Origin: Candidatus Nomurabacteria bacterium
Lineage (GTDB): Bacteria > Patescibacteriota > Minisyncoccia > Phycocordibacterales > UBA9973
DNA: 64,000 bases
Assembly: GCA_031425235.1 (NCBI GenBank)
Contig: JANPIZ010000006.1
Span: 30,803-94,802 of the forward strand
Direction: 5' to 3'
In this document: positions 51,606 through 61,548 of the stretch, piece after piece
How positions within the stretch are numbered: position 1 is the first letter of the stretch
Layout: each line of letters begins with the position of its first letter
Program-made: the position numbers and the translations under genes
Notes under the pieces: model-generated
Told to the model about the DNA's origin: nothing
Database searches by the model: none
Seen by the model: only the letters and a program-made list of their open reading frames with translations

Positions 51606-53576
51606 CTACGCTAGAATATAATCTATAGTTTTTCTTTCTAGGTCAACTCGTCCTACTTTTATTTTCACACGGTCACCAAGGCGATACCTTTTTTTCTTTT
51701 TTTGCCCGACGAGCTCAAAAGCTTTTTCATTAAACACGTAAAAATCGTCTTTCATATCTCGTACTTTTACAAGCCCTTCACATTTTGTTTCTACTTCTTC
51801 TACATAGATACCCCATTCAGTGATACCGCTTATTATGCCCGCGAACGTTTCACCCGTACGCTTACTCATGTATTCAACTTGTTTGTATTTTATGGATGCG
51901 CGCTCAGCATCTGTGGCACGTTTTTCTTGCTCAGAAGCTACTCGAGCTATTTTTTCAAATTCATATACACTACCTTCTTTTTCTTTCTTGTGAGCTAAAG
52001 CATCGAGCAGAAGTCGGTGTACGATAATGTCAGGGTAACGCCTAATAGGGGAAGTGAAGTGAGTATAGTAATGAAATGCGAGACCATAGTGTCCGATATT
52101 TTTTGTTGAATATATTGCCTTTGCCATTGACTTGATGACTGCACGTTGGACTACATCAGCCTCAGGTTTACCTGCGAGGCTTGCGAGCAAGGTATTAATT
52201 TGATGTGTGGGTATGAGTCCGTCGACAAGTGACACTTTATACCCCAGGCTTTTTAGAAAAAGTACCAAGTCTGCCATTTTTTCTTTACTTGGTAGATCAT
52301 GCACTCGATAGATAGCTACATGTTCTTGTTTCTTGGTAGTTTTTTTATCCCCAGTAATACGCTTTGCGACGTTTTTGTTTGCCAGGAGCATTAATTCTTC
52401 AATCAATCGATTTGAGTTGCCACGTTCTTTTTTTATAATATCTATAGGAACTCCGTACATATTGAGCACAAACTTTACTTCTTCTTGTTCGAGTGAAATT
52501 GCTCCTTCTTTGAATCTTTCTTTTGTTAATTTTTTAGCAATATCGTTCAATATAGCGAGTTCTTTATGCAGAGGAGATTTTGTATTTTTTATGGAAACTT
52601 CGGCTTCTTCATATGTAAACCGTTTTTGTGAATGTATTACCGTGCGTCCATACCACTCACTTTTGACCTGGGCATTTTTATCTATAATGAATACAGCGCT
52701 CATAGTAAGTCTGTCTTTGTTTGGAACGAGACTACATAAGTCATTCGACAATATCTCTGGAAGCATGGGTATGGTTCGGTCGACGAGGTACACTGATGTG
52801 CCACGACCACTCGCTTCGTGATCGAGTGCGCTGCCTGGGGTTACATAATACGAGACATCAGCAATGTGGATACCCACTTCATACTCATCTTTTCCAAGTT
52901 CTTGAAATGATATTGCGTCATCGAAATCTTTTGCGTCTGCAGGGTCAATAGTAAAAGTGAGAACTTTTCTAAAATCCCGCCTATCTTTATAATCAATTTC
53001 TTGTATTCCGCGTTTTTTAATTTCTCGTGCTTCGTTTTCAACTTTGGTCGGCAGCTCAGCATCAAAACCTTTTTCCATGGCAATCGCATGCATTTCCGCA
53101 CTGTTGTCACCAGCTTTTCCGAGTATTTTTACGACGCGCCCTTCTGGGGCCTTACGAGCATCTTTCCATGATACTATTTCTACAAAAACTTTTTGCCCTA
53201 CTTTAGCTTTATTCAAGCTTTCTTTAGGGACTAAAATATCGGTGTACATTTTTGTATCATCAGGTTTCAAGAACAATAGATTATTTTCTTGTTCGAGCAC
53301 CCCAGCAAAGCTCATCTTTGCCCGAGAGATTATTTTGGTTACTTCGGCGGTCTGACGTCCGTGACCTTTTGGATGAAGGAGTATTTCTACTGTGTCACCA
53401 TGGAGAGCAGTGTGAAGGTGTTTGAAATCAACCTCCGGGTCGTTGCCCTTGTTTTTGTCTTCACTAATAGCCACATAGCCTGTACCTCTCGAAGAAATGG
53501 AAATACGACCTTCAACGCGAGAGGTTTTAGCAGCCCGTTGTTTCGTCAAAGTCTTTTTTGTAAATTGTTTTTTCAC
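51606..53576 (-). CDS. rnr: ribonuclease R (RNB family exoribonuclease)
   Basis: Cold-shock/OB N-domains, RNB catalytic domain (…IDPADAKDFDDAIS…), C-terminal S1 domain and basic tail. Confidence 0.85.
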   Translation of the reverse strand: MKKQFTKKTLTKQRAAKTSRVEGRISISSRGTGYVAISEDKNKGNDPEVDFKHLHTALHGDTVEILLHPKGHGRQTAEVTKIISRAKMSFAGVLEQENNLLFLKPDDTKMYTDILVPKESLNKAKVGQKVFVEIVSWKDARKAPEGRVVKILGKAGDNSAEMHAIAMEKGFDAELPTKVENEAREIKKRGIQEIDYKDRRDFRKVLTFTIDPADAKDFDDAISFQELGKDEYEVGIHIADVSYYVTPGSALDHEASGRGTSVYLVDRTIPMLPEILSNDLCSLVPNKDRLTMSAVFIIDKNAQVKSEWYGRTVIHSQKRFTYEEAEVSIKNTKSPLHKELAILNDIAKKLTKERFKEGAISLEQEEVKFVLNMYGVPIDIIKKERGNSNRLIEELMLLANKNVAKRITGDKKTTKKQEHVAIYRVHDLPSKEKMADLVLFLKSLGYKVSLVDGLIPTHQINTLLASLAGKPEADVVQRAVIKSMAKAIYSTKNIGHYGLAFHYYTHFTSPIRRYPDIIVHRLLLDALAHKKEKEGSVYEFEKIARVASEQEKRATDAERASIKYKQVEYMSKRTGETFAGIISGITEWGIYVEEVETKCEGLVKVRDMKDDFYVFNEKAFELVGQKKKKRYRLGDRVKIKVGRVDLERKTIDYILA

Positions 53577-53632
53577 CCTATAAATATAGCATAAAATTGC
53601 AATAGATTTTAGCAGGGGTTATTATTGTATAT

Positions 53633-54256
53633 ATGTCTATGGAAACTATTAGTACGGGCAGGACTCTGGAAGAATACACAGAGCGCGTATTTCCAGAATT
53701 TAAAACAAAAAGCGAATTACTTGATTATCTAAATGGTAAGACAATTGTTGATGTTGGAAGTGGTTTAACTCATAAAAATCCTTATTCATTAATCAACGAG
53801 GGGTTAAGAGATAAAAATCGAAATATAAAATATATCAATCTCGAACCGAAATTAGCCGGGAAAGGGGACTTTAAATTTACATTTAAAGATAAACTAGCGG
53901 AGAAGAGTAGGGTATTGATTGAAAAATTAGATAGGCAAGAGTTATTTAGATTTCCTGAAAAGCCAGCAAAGAAAATGTCGGTAGCGGCTATGGCAGAAGA
54001 ACTACCATTCGGAGATTCATCAGTTGATATTTTGCTATCAGTAGGTCTTGTTGGTTATTGGATAACTGATTTAAATGACTTAGAAAAAATAATTAAGGAA
54101 TTTTCACGAGTATTAAAGCAAAAAGGCGAAGTAAGAATCCACTATGTTAAACCAGAAATTGTGGAACCCTTAACTCAGCTAGCAAAAGTTTGGGATTTTA
54201 ATGTGGGGGCTAATAAGTATACTGGTTTTGTTAAGTTAACAAAAGCAAATCAGTAA
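53633..54256 (+). CDS. class I SAM-dependent methyltransferase-like protein
   Basis: Motif I-like IVDVGSGLT; otherwise unassigned. Confidence 0.4.
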   Translation: MSMETISTGRTLEEYTERVFPEFKTKSELLDYLNGKTIVDVGSGLTHKNPYSLINEGLRDKNRNIKYINLEPKLAGKGDFKFTFKDKLAEKSRVLIEKLDRQELFRFPEKPAKKMSVAAMAEELPFGDSSVDILLSVGLVGYWITDLNDLEKIIKEFSRVLKQKGEVRIHYVKPEIVEPLTQLAKVWDFNVGANKYTGFVKLTKANQ

Positions 54257-54286
54257 TTTCTTCTTAACCTACTAAAACACCTATAT

Positions 54287-54315
54287 TTGACAATGCTATT
54301 TTAATGTTTTAAATT
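54287..54315 (+). promoter_or_regulatory. sigma-70 promoter (TTGACA-17-TAAATT) for small hydrophobic peptide gene
   Basis: Consensus -35 TTGACA at 54287-92, 17-nt spacer, TAAATT. Confidence 0.5.
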
Positions 54316-54333
54316 ACAGTGGGAGGTACGAAA

Positions 54334-54486
54334 ATGCAAAAAACTGAAAAAACCAATGAAGGAATTTCATTGGGATGGGCAGCGATAGTCTTTTTAATTT
54401 TTTTAGCAATGATAATTTGGATTATTTATGAAACAATCCAAATTATCCAATCAATTGCTTCTTTGTTTCTTTCTCTTTTGCATTAA
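54334..54486 (+). CDS. small hydrophobic membrane peptide (50 aa)
   Basis: GGGAGG RBS; MQKTEKTNEGISLGWAAIVFLIFLAMIIWIIYETIQIIQSIASLFLSLLH; followed by strong terminator. Confidence 0.45.
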   Translation: MQKTEKTNEGISLGWAAIVFLIFLAMIIWIIYETIQIIQSIASLFLSLLH

Positions 54487-54507
54487 AAAACAAATGAGAA
54501 ATCAATA

Positions 54508-54556
54508 AAAGCATCGTTTTGCAGGCCTTCCTGTAAACGATGCTTTTTACTTTTTA
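54508..54556 (+). terminator. rho-independent terminator
   Basis: AAAAGCATCGTTT-(loop)-AAACGATGCTTTT 12-bp stem + TTTACTTTTT. Confidence 0.75.
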
Positions 54557-54635
54557 GATATGTAAAATAAAGCTAAAATAGGAAAAATTTTTAATTTTTC
54601 AAAAAACGTGATATATTTTTTTGAGAGGTGAGTAT

Positions 54636-54728
54636 ATGAAAAAAACAATACCTGTGTTGGTGTTCACGGGGACACTAACCACTTGTTTGGTGCTATTTGT
54701 GGCGGTTTTAGTTCTTTTTGCATCATAA
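54636..54728 (+). CDS. small hydrophobic peptide (30 aa)
   Basis: GAGAGGTGAG RBS-like; MKKTIPVLVFTGTLTTCLVLFVAVLVLFAS. Confidence 0.3.
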   Translation: MKKTIPVLVFTGTLTTCLVLFVAVLVLFAS

Positions 54729-54749
54729 GTTTAAAAAGGAGGAAGAAAA

Positions 54750-54965
54750 ATGGACTATGAAGACGAAGATTGGGCTGTTGAGTCCGAAGAATCCTCTTTC
54801 TCTTTGGGAGGATTTGATTCTTGGATTTCGTTATTTTTTGTAGTTGTGTTTCTATTTTTGTTTGTGACCGAGGTTTATCCTTGGTTTGCTAAAACAAAAA
54901 TTGGCGTAATTTTCTTTAATTTTATCTACTGGATTTTTCATAAAATCCAAACTTTATTTTTATAA
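54750..54965 (+). CDS. small membrane protein (71 aa, acidic N-terminus + 2 TM)
   Basis: AAAGGAGGAAG RBS; followed by terminator. Confidence 0.5.
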   Translation: MDYEDEDWAVESEESSFSLGGFDSWISLFFVVVFLFLFVTEVYPWFAKTKIGVIFFNFIYWIFHKIQTLFL

Positions 54966-54966
54966 T

Positions 54967-55010
54967 AGCGTTGCACTAGTAGGGAATTCCCACAAGCAAC
55001 GCTATTTTTT
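54967..55010 (+). terminator. rho-independent terminator
   Basis: TAGCGTTGC-(loop with GGGAATTCCC)-GCAACGCTA + TTTTTT. Confidence 0.7.
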
Positions 55011-55181
55011 CGTCTATTTACAATTATTAGTGTGGTATTTTTAAAGCGGAGGTAAAAAAATGAAAAAAGGGTTATCAAATTTATATGGGAAATCCTAATA
55101 GCAACAAGTCCACTTATTATCGCTTTAGTTGTAATGATAATTCTCTGGATTATTTTTTTTAGATAATTTTAAAACTTGGGC

Positions 55182-55217
55182 GCCGTAGTGAGTTTCTCTC
55201 ACTACGGCACTTTTTTG
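55182..55217 (+). terminator. rho-independent terminator
   Basis: GCCGTAGTGAG-TTTCTCT-CACTACGGC + ACTTTTTTG. Confidence 0.7.
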
Positions 55218-55279
55218 TTTCCTCACTAGATATAAGCTTTATAATTTGCCTTTTTGGCAATCTGTGTTACACTAGAAAA

Positions 55280-55588
55280 ATGTTAAAAATAAGACTTCAG
55301 AGAATAGGGCGCAAGAATGATCCGGCTTTTCGGGTGGTTTTGACTGACTCAAAAAACAGTACAAAAAGTGGACGCTTTTTAGAAATACTCGGCAGTTACA
55401 ATCCAAAGATGGGTGTAAAGACTTTGAATGGGGATAGGATAAAACATTGGATGAAAAACGGAGCACAATGTTCCGATACCATGCACAACTTTCTCGTGCA
55501 CGACAAAATAGTAGAAGGTAAGAAGAAAAACGTACTTCCAAAGAAAAAGCCGACTGAGGCACGAAAGGCCTTGAAAGCTAAGAAATAA
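55280..55588 (+). CDS. rpsP: 30S ribosomal protein S16
   Basis: MLKIRLQRIGRKNDPAFRVVLTDSK… canonical bS16 N-terminus. Confidence 0.9.
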   Translation: MLKIRLQRIGRKNDPAFRVVLTDSKNSTKSGRFLEILGSYNPKMGVKTLNGDRIKHWMKNGAQCSDTMHNFLVHDKIVEGKKKNVLPKKKPTEARKALKAKK

Positions 55589-55662
55589 TTTTGTACAATT
55601 CAGTTAAGCAGTTATCCGTCGCACACTGCAATGATTACAAGAATTAATAATTAAATAATATT

Positions 55663-56019
55663 ATGGAAACAGAAGCAGATAAGATATTTCTAGAATACGT
55701 AGTGAAAGCTCTCGTGGACAATCCCGCAGACGTGAAAATTGATAGGACTGTCGACGAAATGGGTGTACTTATATCACTCACAGTGAACCCTGCTGATATG
55801 GGTAAGATCATCGGCCGAATGGGGAACACAGCAAAAGCTATCCGAACACTTCTTCGAATCATCGGAATGAAGAACAATGCTCGAGTAAATTTAAAGATCA
55901 ATGAACCAGAAGGTGGCATGAAGCCTGAATCAATGCATCACATGGCACCCGGAGCAGCAGCTACTCCAAGTTCATTCAAAACAGTTGACCAAGCCATGGA
56001 AGACTTGAAAGGACTTTAG
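55663..56019 (+). CDS. KH-domain RNA-binding protein (YlqC-like)
   Basis: GKIIGRMGNTAKAIRTLLRIIG KH type II motif; conserved position after rpsP. Confidence 0.75.
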   Translation: METEADKIFLEYVVKALVDNPADVKIDRTVDEMGVLISLTVNPADMGKIIGRMGNTAKAIRTLLRIIGMKNNARVNLKINEPEGGMKPESMHHMAPGAAATPSSFKTVDQAMEDLKGL

Positions 56020-56168
56020 AATAGGCTCCAGGCGTTAGGCACTAGGCTTTAGTAAAAAACATCCCTTTCCAGGGGTGTTTTTTTATGGTATAATTCATAA
56101 AGTTTCAAAAACTTGCAATTTTGTGGGTTTTTGACAATTTTGTTATTTAAAATAAAGGAGAAAAATTA

Positions 56169-56606
56169 ATGTTAAAATTAAAAACTGTTTTGTCTATCGT
56201 TTTTTTGTCAGCTCTGTTTGCACAGGTACACTTTCTATTAACTCAGCTTCTGGGTTATGGGAAGTTTGTTCTGTACAATCCTAACCATAAACTGGACTCC
56301 AGTTTGTGGTTCACTAAAACAATTATTTTAGTTTTAGTAATTGTTTTAGTGAAAACGTTAAGAGAGAGATTGGATTATTACAAACCAAACTCTGTTCTTG
56401 CGTCAGCGTTCGCTGGTATTCTTGGTTTTTCTCTGGTTGTAAGTTTAGTACAATCAGTGATTTTGGGTCAGGAATACTCGACAACGGTGTCGGATGTCAC
56501 TATGACCAGGTCAGCACTCATTGCCCATGTCTTCGTATCTCTTATGGTATCTTGGCTTGGTATTTTGTTTAGCTCTGACTCTACAGAAACCGAAACTGAG
56601 GAATAA
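56169..56606 (+). CDS. hypothetical membrane protein
   Basis: 145 aa, 4 TM. Confidence 0.4.
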   Translation: MLKLKTVLSIVFLSALFAQVHFLLTQLLGYGKFVLYNPNHKLDSSLWFTKTIILVLVIVLVKTLRERLDYYKPNSVLASAFAGILGFSLVVSLVQSVILGQEYSTTVSDVTMTRSALIAHVFVSLMVSWLGILFSSDSTETETEE

Positions 56607-56731
56607 CCTTAAGCCTTTAGTTTCTAAAATAAAAAAGCACTGACTAATCGAAAGATGGTCGGTGCTTTTAAAATTTCAAATACTTACTATCTATGTTATA
56701 AAGGATTTATGCGTCCCGTTAGAGATCACTT

Positions 56732-56986
56732 ATGTTTTATTACACGTATATCTTAAAAAGTAAGAAAGACGGTAAAATCTACACTGGTTATACAAAAGAC
56801 CTACGGAAGCGCCTTATGCAACATAACAAAGGTTTATCTACATATACAAAAGGTAGAGGCCCATTTATTTTGATATACTACGAAGCGTGTTTATTGGAAA
56901 GTAAAGCAAAGTCGAGAGAGGAATTTTTAAAATCGGGAATGGGCAAGCGTTATTTAAAAAATAGATTAGGCGCTTCCTATCTCTAA
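56732..56986 (+). CDS. GIY-YIG nuclease-family small protein
   Basis: YYTYILKSKKDGKIYTGYTKDLRKRLMQHN matches GIY-YIG motif. Confidence 0.7.
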   Translation: MFYYTYILKSKKDGKIYTGYTKDLRKRLMQHNKGLSTYTKGRGPFILIYYEACLLESKAKSREEFLKSGMGKRYLKNRLGASYL

Positions 56987-56990
56987 CGGG

Positions 56991-57689
56991 ATGAGATTTC
57001 ATATAATTACAATTTTTCCAGAGATGTTTGACTCTTATCTACAGGAGTCTATTCTCGGGCGGGCGCTGGGGAATAAATACCGACGTAAAGTTGAGGATGC
57101 GCGATCTAAAGGATCGGCAAAGATTTCAGTGAAATTTTATAATCCGATAAGCTTTTGCAAACCAAAAGAGCGTGTGGATGCTCGGCCTTATGGAGGTGGT
57201 CCAGGGATGGTCTTGCGCCCAGAATTTTTTCTCAAAGCATTTTCGAAGATAAAGATCAAAGATAAAAAGAAGACAAAAGTAATTTTATTTTCTACCTCCG
57301 GTAAAAAATTTGAAACAGCGTATGCAAAAAAATTGGTAAAACAAAAGTATACAGATATCATTTTAATTTCTGGTCGCTATGAAGGCATAGATGCTCGCGT
57401 GCAGAAAATTCTCAAAGCTCAGGAAATATCAATAGGGGATTATGTGCTCACGGGCGGTGAATTACCGGCGATGATATTAATAGATTCTATTTCACGCCAA
57501 ATCCCTGGAGTTCTTGGAAAATATGAGTCCCTCGAAGAGGAAAGAGTGTCGACAAGCGAAGTATATACAAGGCCTGAAATTCTAAAGTATAAAAATAAAA
57601 ACTACAAAGTTCCAAAAGTTTTACTCTCTGGGAATCATAAACTTATTGAAGACTGGAAAATAAAAAACAAAAAACCTAACGAATCTTAA
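56991..57689 (+). CDS. trmD: tRNA (guanine37-N1)-methyltransferase TrmD
   Basis: MRFHIITIFPEMF…, DARPYGGGPGMV, SPOUT knot motifs; basic insertion before the Gly-rich loop. Confidence 0.85.
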   Translation: MRFHIITIFPEMFDSYLQESILGRALGNKYRRKVEDARSKGSAKISVKFYNPISFCKPKERVDARPYGGGPGMVLRPEFFLKAFSKIKIKDKKKTKVILFSTSGKKFETAYAKKLVKQKYTDIILISGRYEGIDARVQKILKAQEISIGDYVLTGGELPAMILIDSISRQIPGVLGKYESLEEERVSTSEVYTRPEILKYKNKNYKVPKVLLSGNHKLIEDWKIKNKKPNES

Positions 57690-57729
57690 TTCATTAGGTT
57701 TTCTAAATATTTTTCTTTTAATAGACATT

Positions 57730-58065
57730 TTAAATGTCTTCATCAAACATTTTTTGTACATTTATATAGAAAAATTCAGTGCATTTAGAGCAAAGCGGTT
57801 TTCCATTTAACTTAAAATCAGCAACTTTTTTTTGAATAATTTTACCTGTATCACTGTTTAGTTCGATGGACTCAAAACCATCGGCAACGATTTCGGTAAG
57901 AATTTCCTGAAAAAGGACACTATATTTTAAATCTTTTCCACATTTTCCACATTTGTGTGGAGTAGCTATTTCCTCCCCAACTTCAGTTGTTAAGTAAATT
58001 GTTAAGTCCCTAGAGTTAAATTTCACACTATAGGGAGTGCTGCAGCCATCATTCGTAAAGTCCAT
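57730..58065 (-). CDS. hypothetical zinc-ribbon protein
   Basis: CGKCGK…CSKC Cys pairs. Confidence 0.4.
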   Translation of the reverse strand: MDFTNDGCSTPYSVKFNSRDLTIYLTTEVGEEIATPHKCGKCGKDLKYSVLFQEILTEIVADGFESIELNSDTGKIIQKKVADFKLNGKPLCSKCTEFFYINVQKMFDEDI

Positions 58066-58324
58066 AAATTCTCCTTTTACTTTTTATTTGTTCTAGGTAC
58101 GGACATATGTGTGTGCACATTACCTATTAATATTGACAAAGATCTATCCTACTGGTGATTCTATATAAAAATTATTTAAATAACAAGTTAACTTGATAAG
58201 CTAGATTTGACAAAAAGCTCAAAATAAGTATACTTGAATTTGATTCACTGATTGAGTTTTGGATGCAATCTCCTTTATTAATAACTAAGTAATTTTAAGG
58301 CTGTAAAGGCTTTTTTGTTTATTT

Positions 58325-61300
58325 ATGCAAACTCAATCAAACAAATTCTCAGTGCCAAAGAAGTATTTTTCTCGATACAAGAAGCCTCTTGTTAAATTTC
58401 CCGATCTTATTGAGGCTCAACTAAAGAGTTTTAAGTGGCTCGTTGAAACAGGTATCGGTGAGGTGTTCAAGGAATTTTCACCCATCAACGACTATTCAGG
58501 TAAAAAATTTCAACTCGACTTTACATCTTTTTCTCTAGAAGAATCTAAATACGACGAGAGTCATGCAAAAATAAACAAACTTTCTTATAACGGAAGCCTC
58601 AAGGCAAAAGTAAAGCTTACAAATAAAATTTTAGGAACTGTTAAAGAACAGGAGATTTTCATGTCTGAGCTTCCGCTCATGACTTCTCACGGTACGTTTA
58701 TCATCAACGGAGTTGAACGCGTGATTGTGCCCCAGCTTGCTCGAAGTTTCGGAGTATTTTTTACTGGGTCTGAAAGTAAAGGCAATAAATATTTTGGTGC
58801 AAAAATAATTCCCGCTCGTGGAGTGTGGATTGAAATAGAATCTGAATCTGACGGGGCTATTTATGTGCGCATCGACAAGAAACGAAAATTCCCTGTTACC
58901 ACACTTCTTCGGGTTCTCGGTTACGATACAAACGAAGCAATAATGGCAGCTTTTGGAAGTGACGAAACACTTGCTGAGGCAATGAAAGCGTGTTTAGCAA
59001 AAGATACAGCAAAGTCTTTAAGTGATGCATACATTGAAATATATAAACGTCTTCGCGATGGTGACATGGCGACTGCTGATAACGCGAAAGAATTTATAAA
59101 TTCACTCTTCACAAAAGAGCGTTATGACCTTTCTCCTGTCGGTCGTTTTCGTTTCAATCAGCGTTTCGACAAAGCTATGGATGTGAAAGAAATGGAACGT
59201 CGAACTATCTCAAAAGAAGATTTAGTCACCGTAGTTACTCATATTGTTACCTTAAACAACACACCAGGAGCTCACTCCGACGATATTGACCACTTAGGTC
59301 AACGGCGTGTGCGTTTTGTTGGTGAAATACTTCAACAAAAAGTACGTACTGGTATGATGCAGATCAAGCGAAACATACAAGATCGTATGTCTATTATAGA
59401 TGTAGATACAGCCATGCCGATAGCGATCATAAACCAACGTCCACTCCAGGCTCGTATTAAAGAATTCTTCACAACCAACCAGCTTTCACAATTCATGAAC
59501 CAGGAAAATGTACTGGCTGAGCTCGAACATATTCGTCAACTTTCAGCACTTGGGCCCGGCGGTCTTACACGTGAACGTGCTGGACTTGAAGTTCGTGACG
59601 TTCACCCTTCGCACTATGGCCGCGTGTGCCCGATCCATACACCAGAAGGTCCAAACATCGGACTTGTGTTACACCTTTCTACCTATGCGAAAATAAATGA
59701 ATTTGGAATTATTGAAACTCCTTATATAAAAGTAAAAGCTGGAAAAATAACTGGTGAAGTGCAGTACTTAAATGCCCTCGAAGAGGAAAAATATAACATT
59801 GCGCATGCTGGTATTCCATATGACGAAAATGGAAAAATAACTGAAGAGCGAGTAGAAGCGAGACTTAAAACAGAACCTGGTACTATTTCTCGCATGGAAG
59901 TTGATTTTATCGATGTTGCTGCGAACCAAGCTTTTTCAATCGGCACGTCACTCATTCCATTCTTAGAACACAACGACGCCAACCGAGCACTCATGGGATC
60001 AAACATGCAGAAGCAGGCTGTGCCTTGTGTATTACCAGAAGCTCCACTTGTAGCAACAGGGGTAGAAGAACTGGCATCACGTGATTCAGGACGGCTTATA
60101 TTATCTGAAGAAGAAGGAGTCGTATCATATGTTGATGCAAAAAAAGTAACCGTTGACGGAAAGTCGGGCAACAAAAAAACATACGAACTTGTTAACTTCA
60201 TGAGAAACAACAACTTCTCTGTGTTTCATCAACGCCCCGCGGTGAATATGGGTGAAAAGGTCAAAAAAGGAGATGTGCTTGCCGATACTAGTAGTACAGT
60301 CGGAGGACAAATCTCAATCGGACAAAATATTTTCGTAGCTTTTCTTTCCTGGTCTGGATCCAACTATGAAGACGCGATCATCGTATCAGAAAGACTCGTA
60401 AAAGAAAGTAAATTTACCAGTATATATCTTGAAGAATTTACATGCGTGGTTCGTGACACTAAGCTTGGGCCCGAGATCACAACACGTGATATACCAAACA
60501 TAGGTGAATTAAAACTGAAAGACCTGGACGAAGATGGCGTCGTGCGTATTGGCGCTGAGGTTCGTGAAAACGATATTCTCGTCGGTAAAATTACTCCAAA
60601 GGGCGAAACAGAACTTACTCCAGAAGAAAGGCTTCTTCGAAGTATCTTTGCGGAAAAAGCTCGTGATGTAAAAGACACTTCACTTCGAATGGAACACGGC
60701 AAGCGTGGACGTATTATTGGTGTGAAAATATTCTCTCGTGACATGGGTCATACACTAGAAGCGGGAATTATCAAGAAAATAGTTATTGAAGTCGCACAAG
60801 TAAGAAACATCTCAATCGGTGACAAACTTTCAGGACGACACGGGAACAAAGGAGTTATTTCCATTGTGCTTCCAGAAGAAGACATGCCGTACACAGCTGA
60901 CGGTAAACCAATCGACATCATACTTTCACCACTTGGTGTTCCTTCACGTATGAACTTGGGACAAATTTTAGAAATGCACCTTGGTTTGGCTGCCCACACT
61001 CTTGGCTATCAAGCTATTACTCCACCATTCCTAGGCGCTCGACAAGAAGAAGTTTCGGAAGAATTAAAAAAAGCTGGATTACCAGAAAACGGACGACTCG
61101 AACTTTTTGACGGAAGAACAGGAGAAGCATTCAAACAAAAGGTGGCGGTAGGATATATGTACATGCTCAAACTGCACCACATGGTAGAAGATAAGATTCA
61201 CATGCGTTCTATTGGTCCCTACTCTCTTATCACTCAACAACCGCTTGGAGGTAAAGCTCAAGGTGGAGGACAAAGATTCGGGGAAATGGAAGTGTGGGCA

Positions 61301-61513
61301 CTTGAAGGCTACGGTGCATCTTACACGCTCCGAGAAATGCTCACAATCAAATCTGACGATATTGCTGGTCGAAGTGCGACATTTGATTCTATTATCAAGA
61401 ATGAGACAATCAGACCACCAAACTCTCCAGCTTCATTTAATGTCTTGTTAAATTATTTACGAGGACTTGCGCTCGATGTGAACTTAATGAAAGGCAAGAA
61501 TAAACCAGAATAA
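58325..61513 (+). CDS. rpoB: DNA-directed RNA polymerase subunit beta (short, 1062 aa)
   Basis: Conserved RpoB blocks (…GPGGLTRERAG…, NMQRQAVP-like NMQKQAVP, GGQRFGEMEVWALEGYGA). Confidence 0.95.
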   Translation: MQTQSNKFSVPKKYFSRYKKPLVKFPDLIEAQLKSFKWLVETGIGEVFKEFSPINDYSGKKFQLDFTSFSLEESKYDESHAKINKLSYNGSLKAKVKLTNKILGTVKEQEIFMSELPLMTSHGTFIINGVERVIVPQLARSFGVFFTGSESKGNKYFGAKIIPARGVWIEIESESDGAIYVRIDKKRKFPVTTLLRVLGYDTNEAIMAAFGSDETLAEAMKACLAKDTAKSLSDAYIEIYKRLRDGDMATADNAKEFINSLFTKERYDLSPVGRFRFNQRFDKAMDVKEMERRTISKEDLVTVVTHIVTLNNTPGAHSDDIDHLGQRRVRFVGEILQQKVRTGMMQIKRNIQDRMSIIDVDTAMPIAIINQRPLQARIKEFFTTNQLSQFMNQENVLAELEHIRQLSALGPGGLTRERAGLEVRDVHPSHYGRVCPIHTPEGPNIGLVLHLSTYAKINEFGIIETPYIKVKAGKITGEVQYLNALEEEKYNIAHAGIPYDENGKITEERVEARLKTEPGTISRMEVDFIDVAANQAFSIGTSLIPFLEHNDANRALMGSNMQKQAVPCVLPEAPLVATGVEELASRDSGRLILSEEEGVVSYVDAKKVTVDGKSGNKKTYELVNFMRNNNFSVFHQRPAVNMGEKVKKGDVLADTSSTVGGQISIGQNIFVAFLSWSGSNYEDAIIVSERLVKESKFTSIYLEEFTCVVRDTKLGPEITTRDIPNIGELKLKDLDEDGVVRIGAEVRENDILVGKITPKGETELTPEERLLRSIFAEKARDVKDTSLRMEHGKRGRIIGVKIFSRDMGHTLEAGIIKKIVIEVAQVRNISIGDKLSGRHGNKGVISIVLPEEDMPYTADGKPIDIILSPLGVPSRMNLGQILEMHLGLAAHTLGYQAITPPFLGARQEEVSEELKKAGLPENGRLELFDGRTGEAFKQKVAVGYMYMLKLHHMVEDKIHMRSIGPYSLITQQPLGGKAQGGGQRFGEMEVWALEGYGASYTLREMLTIKSDDIAGRSATFDSIIKNETIRPPNSPASFNVLLNYLRGLALDVNLMKGKNKPE

Positions 61514-61548
61514 GTTCAACATGCATAATTAATTAACATACAAAACAT

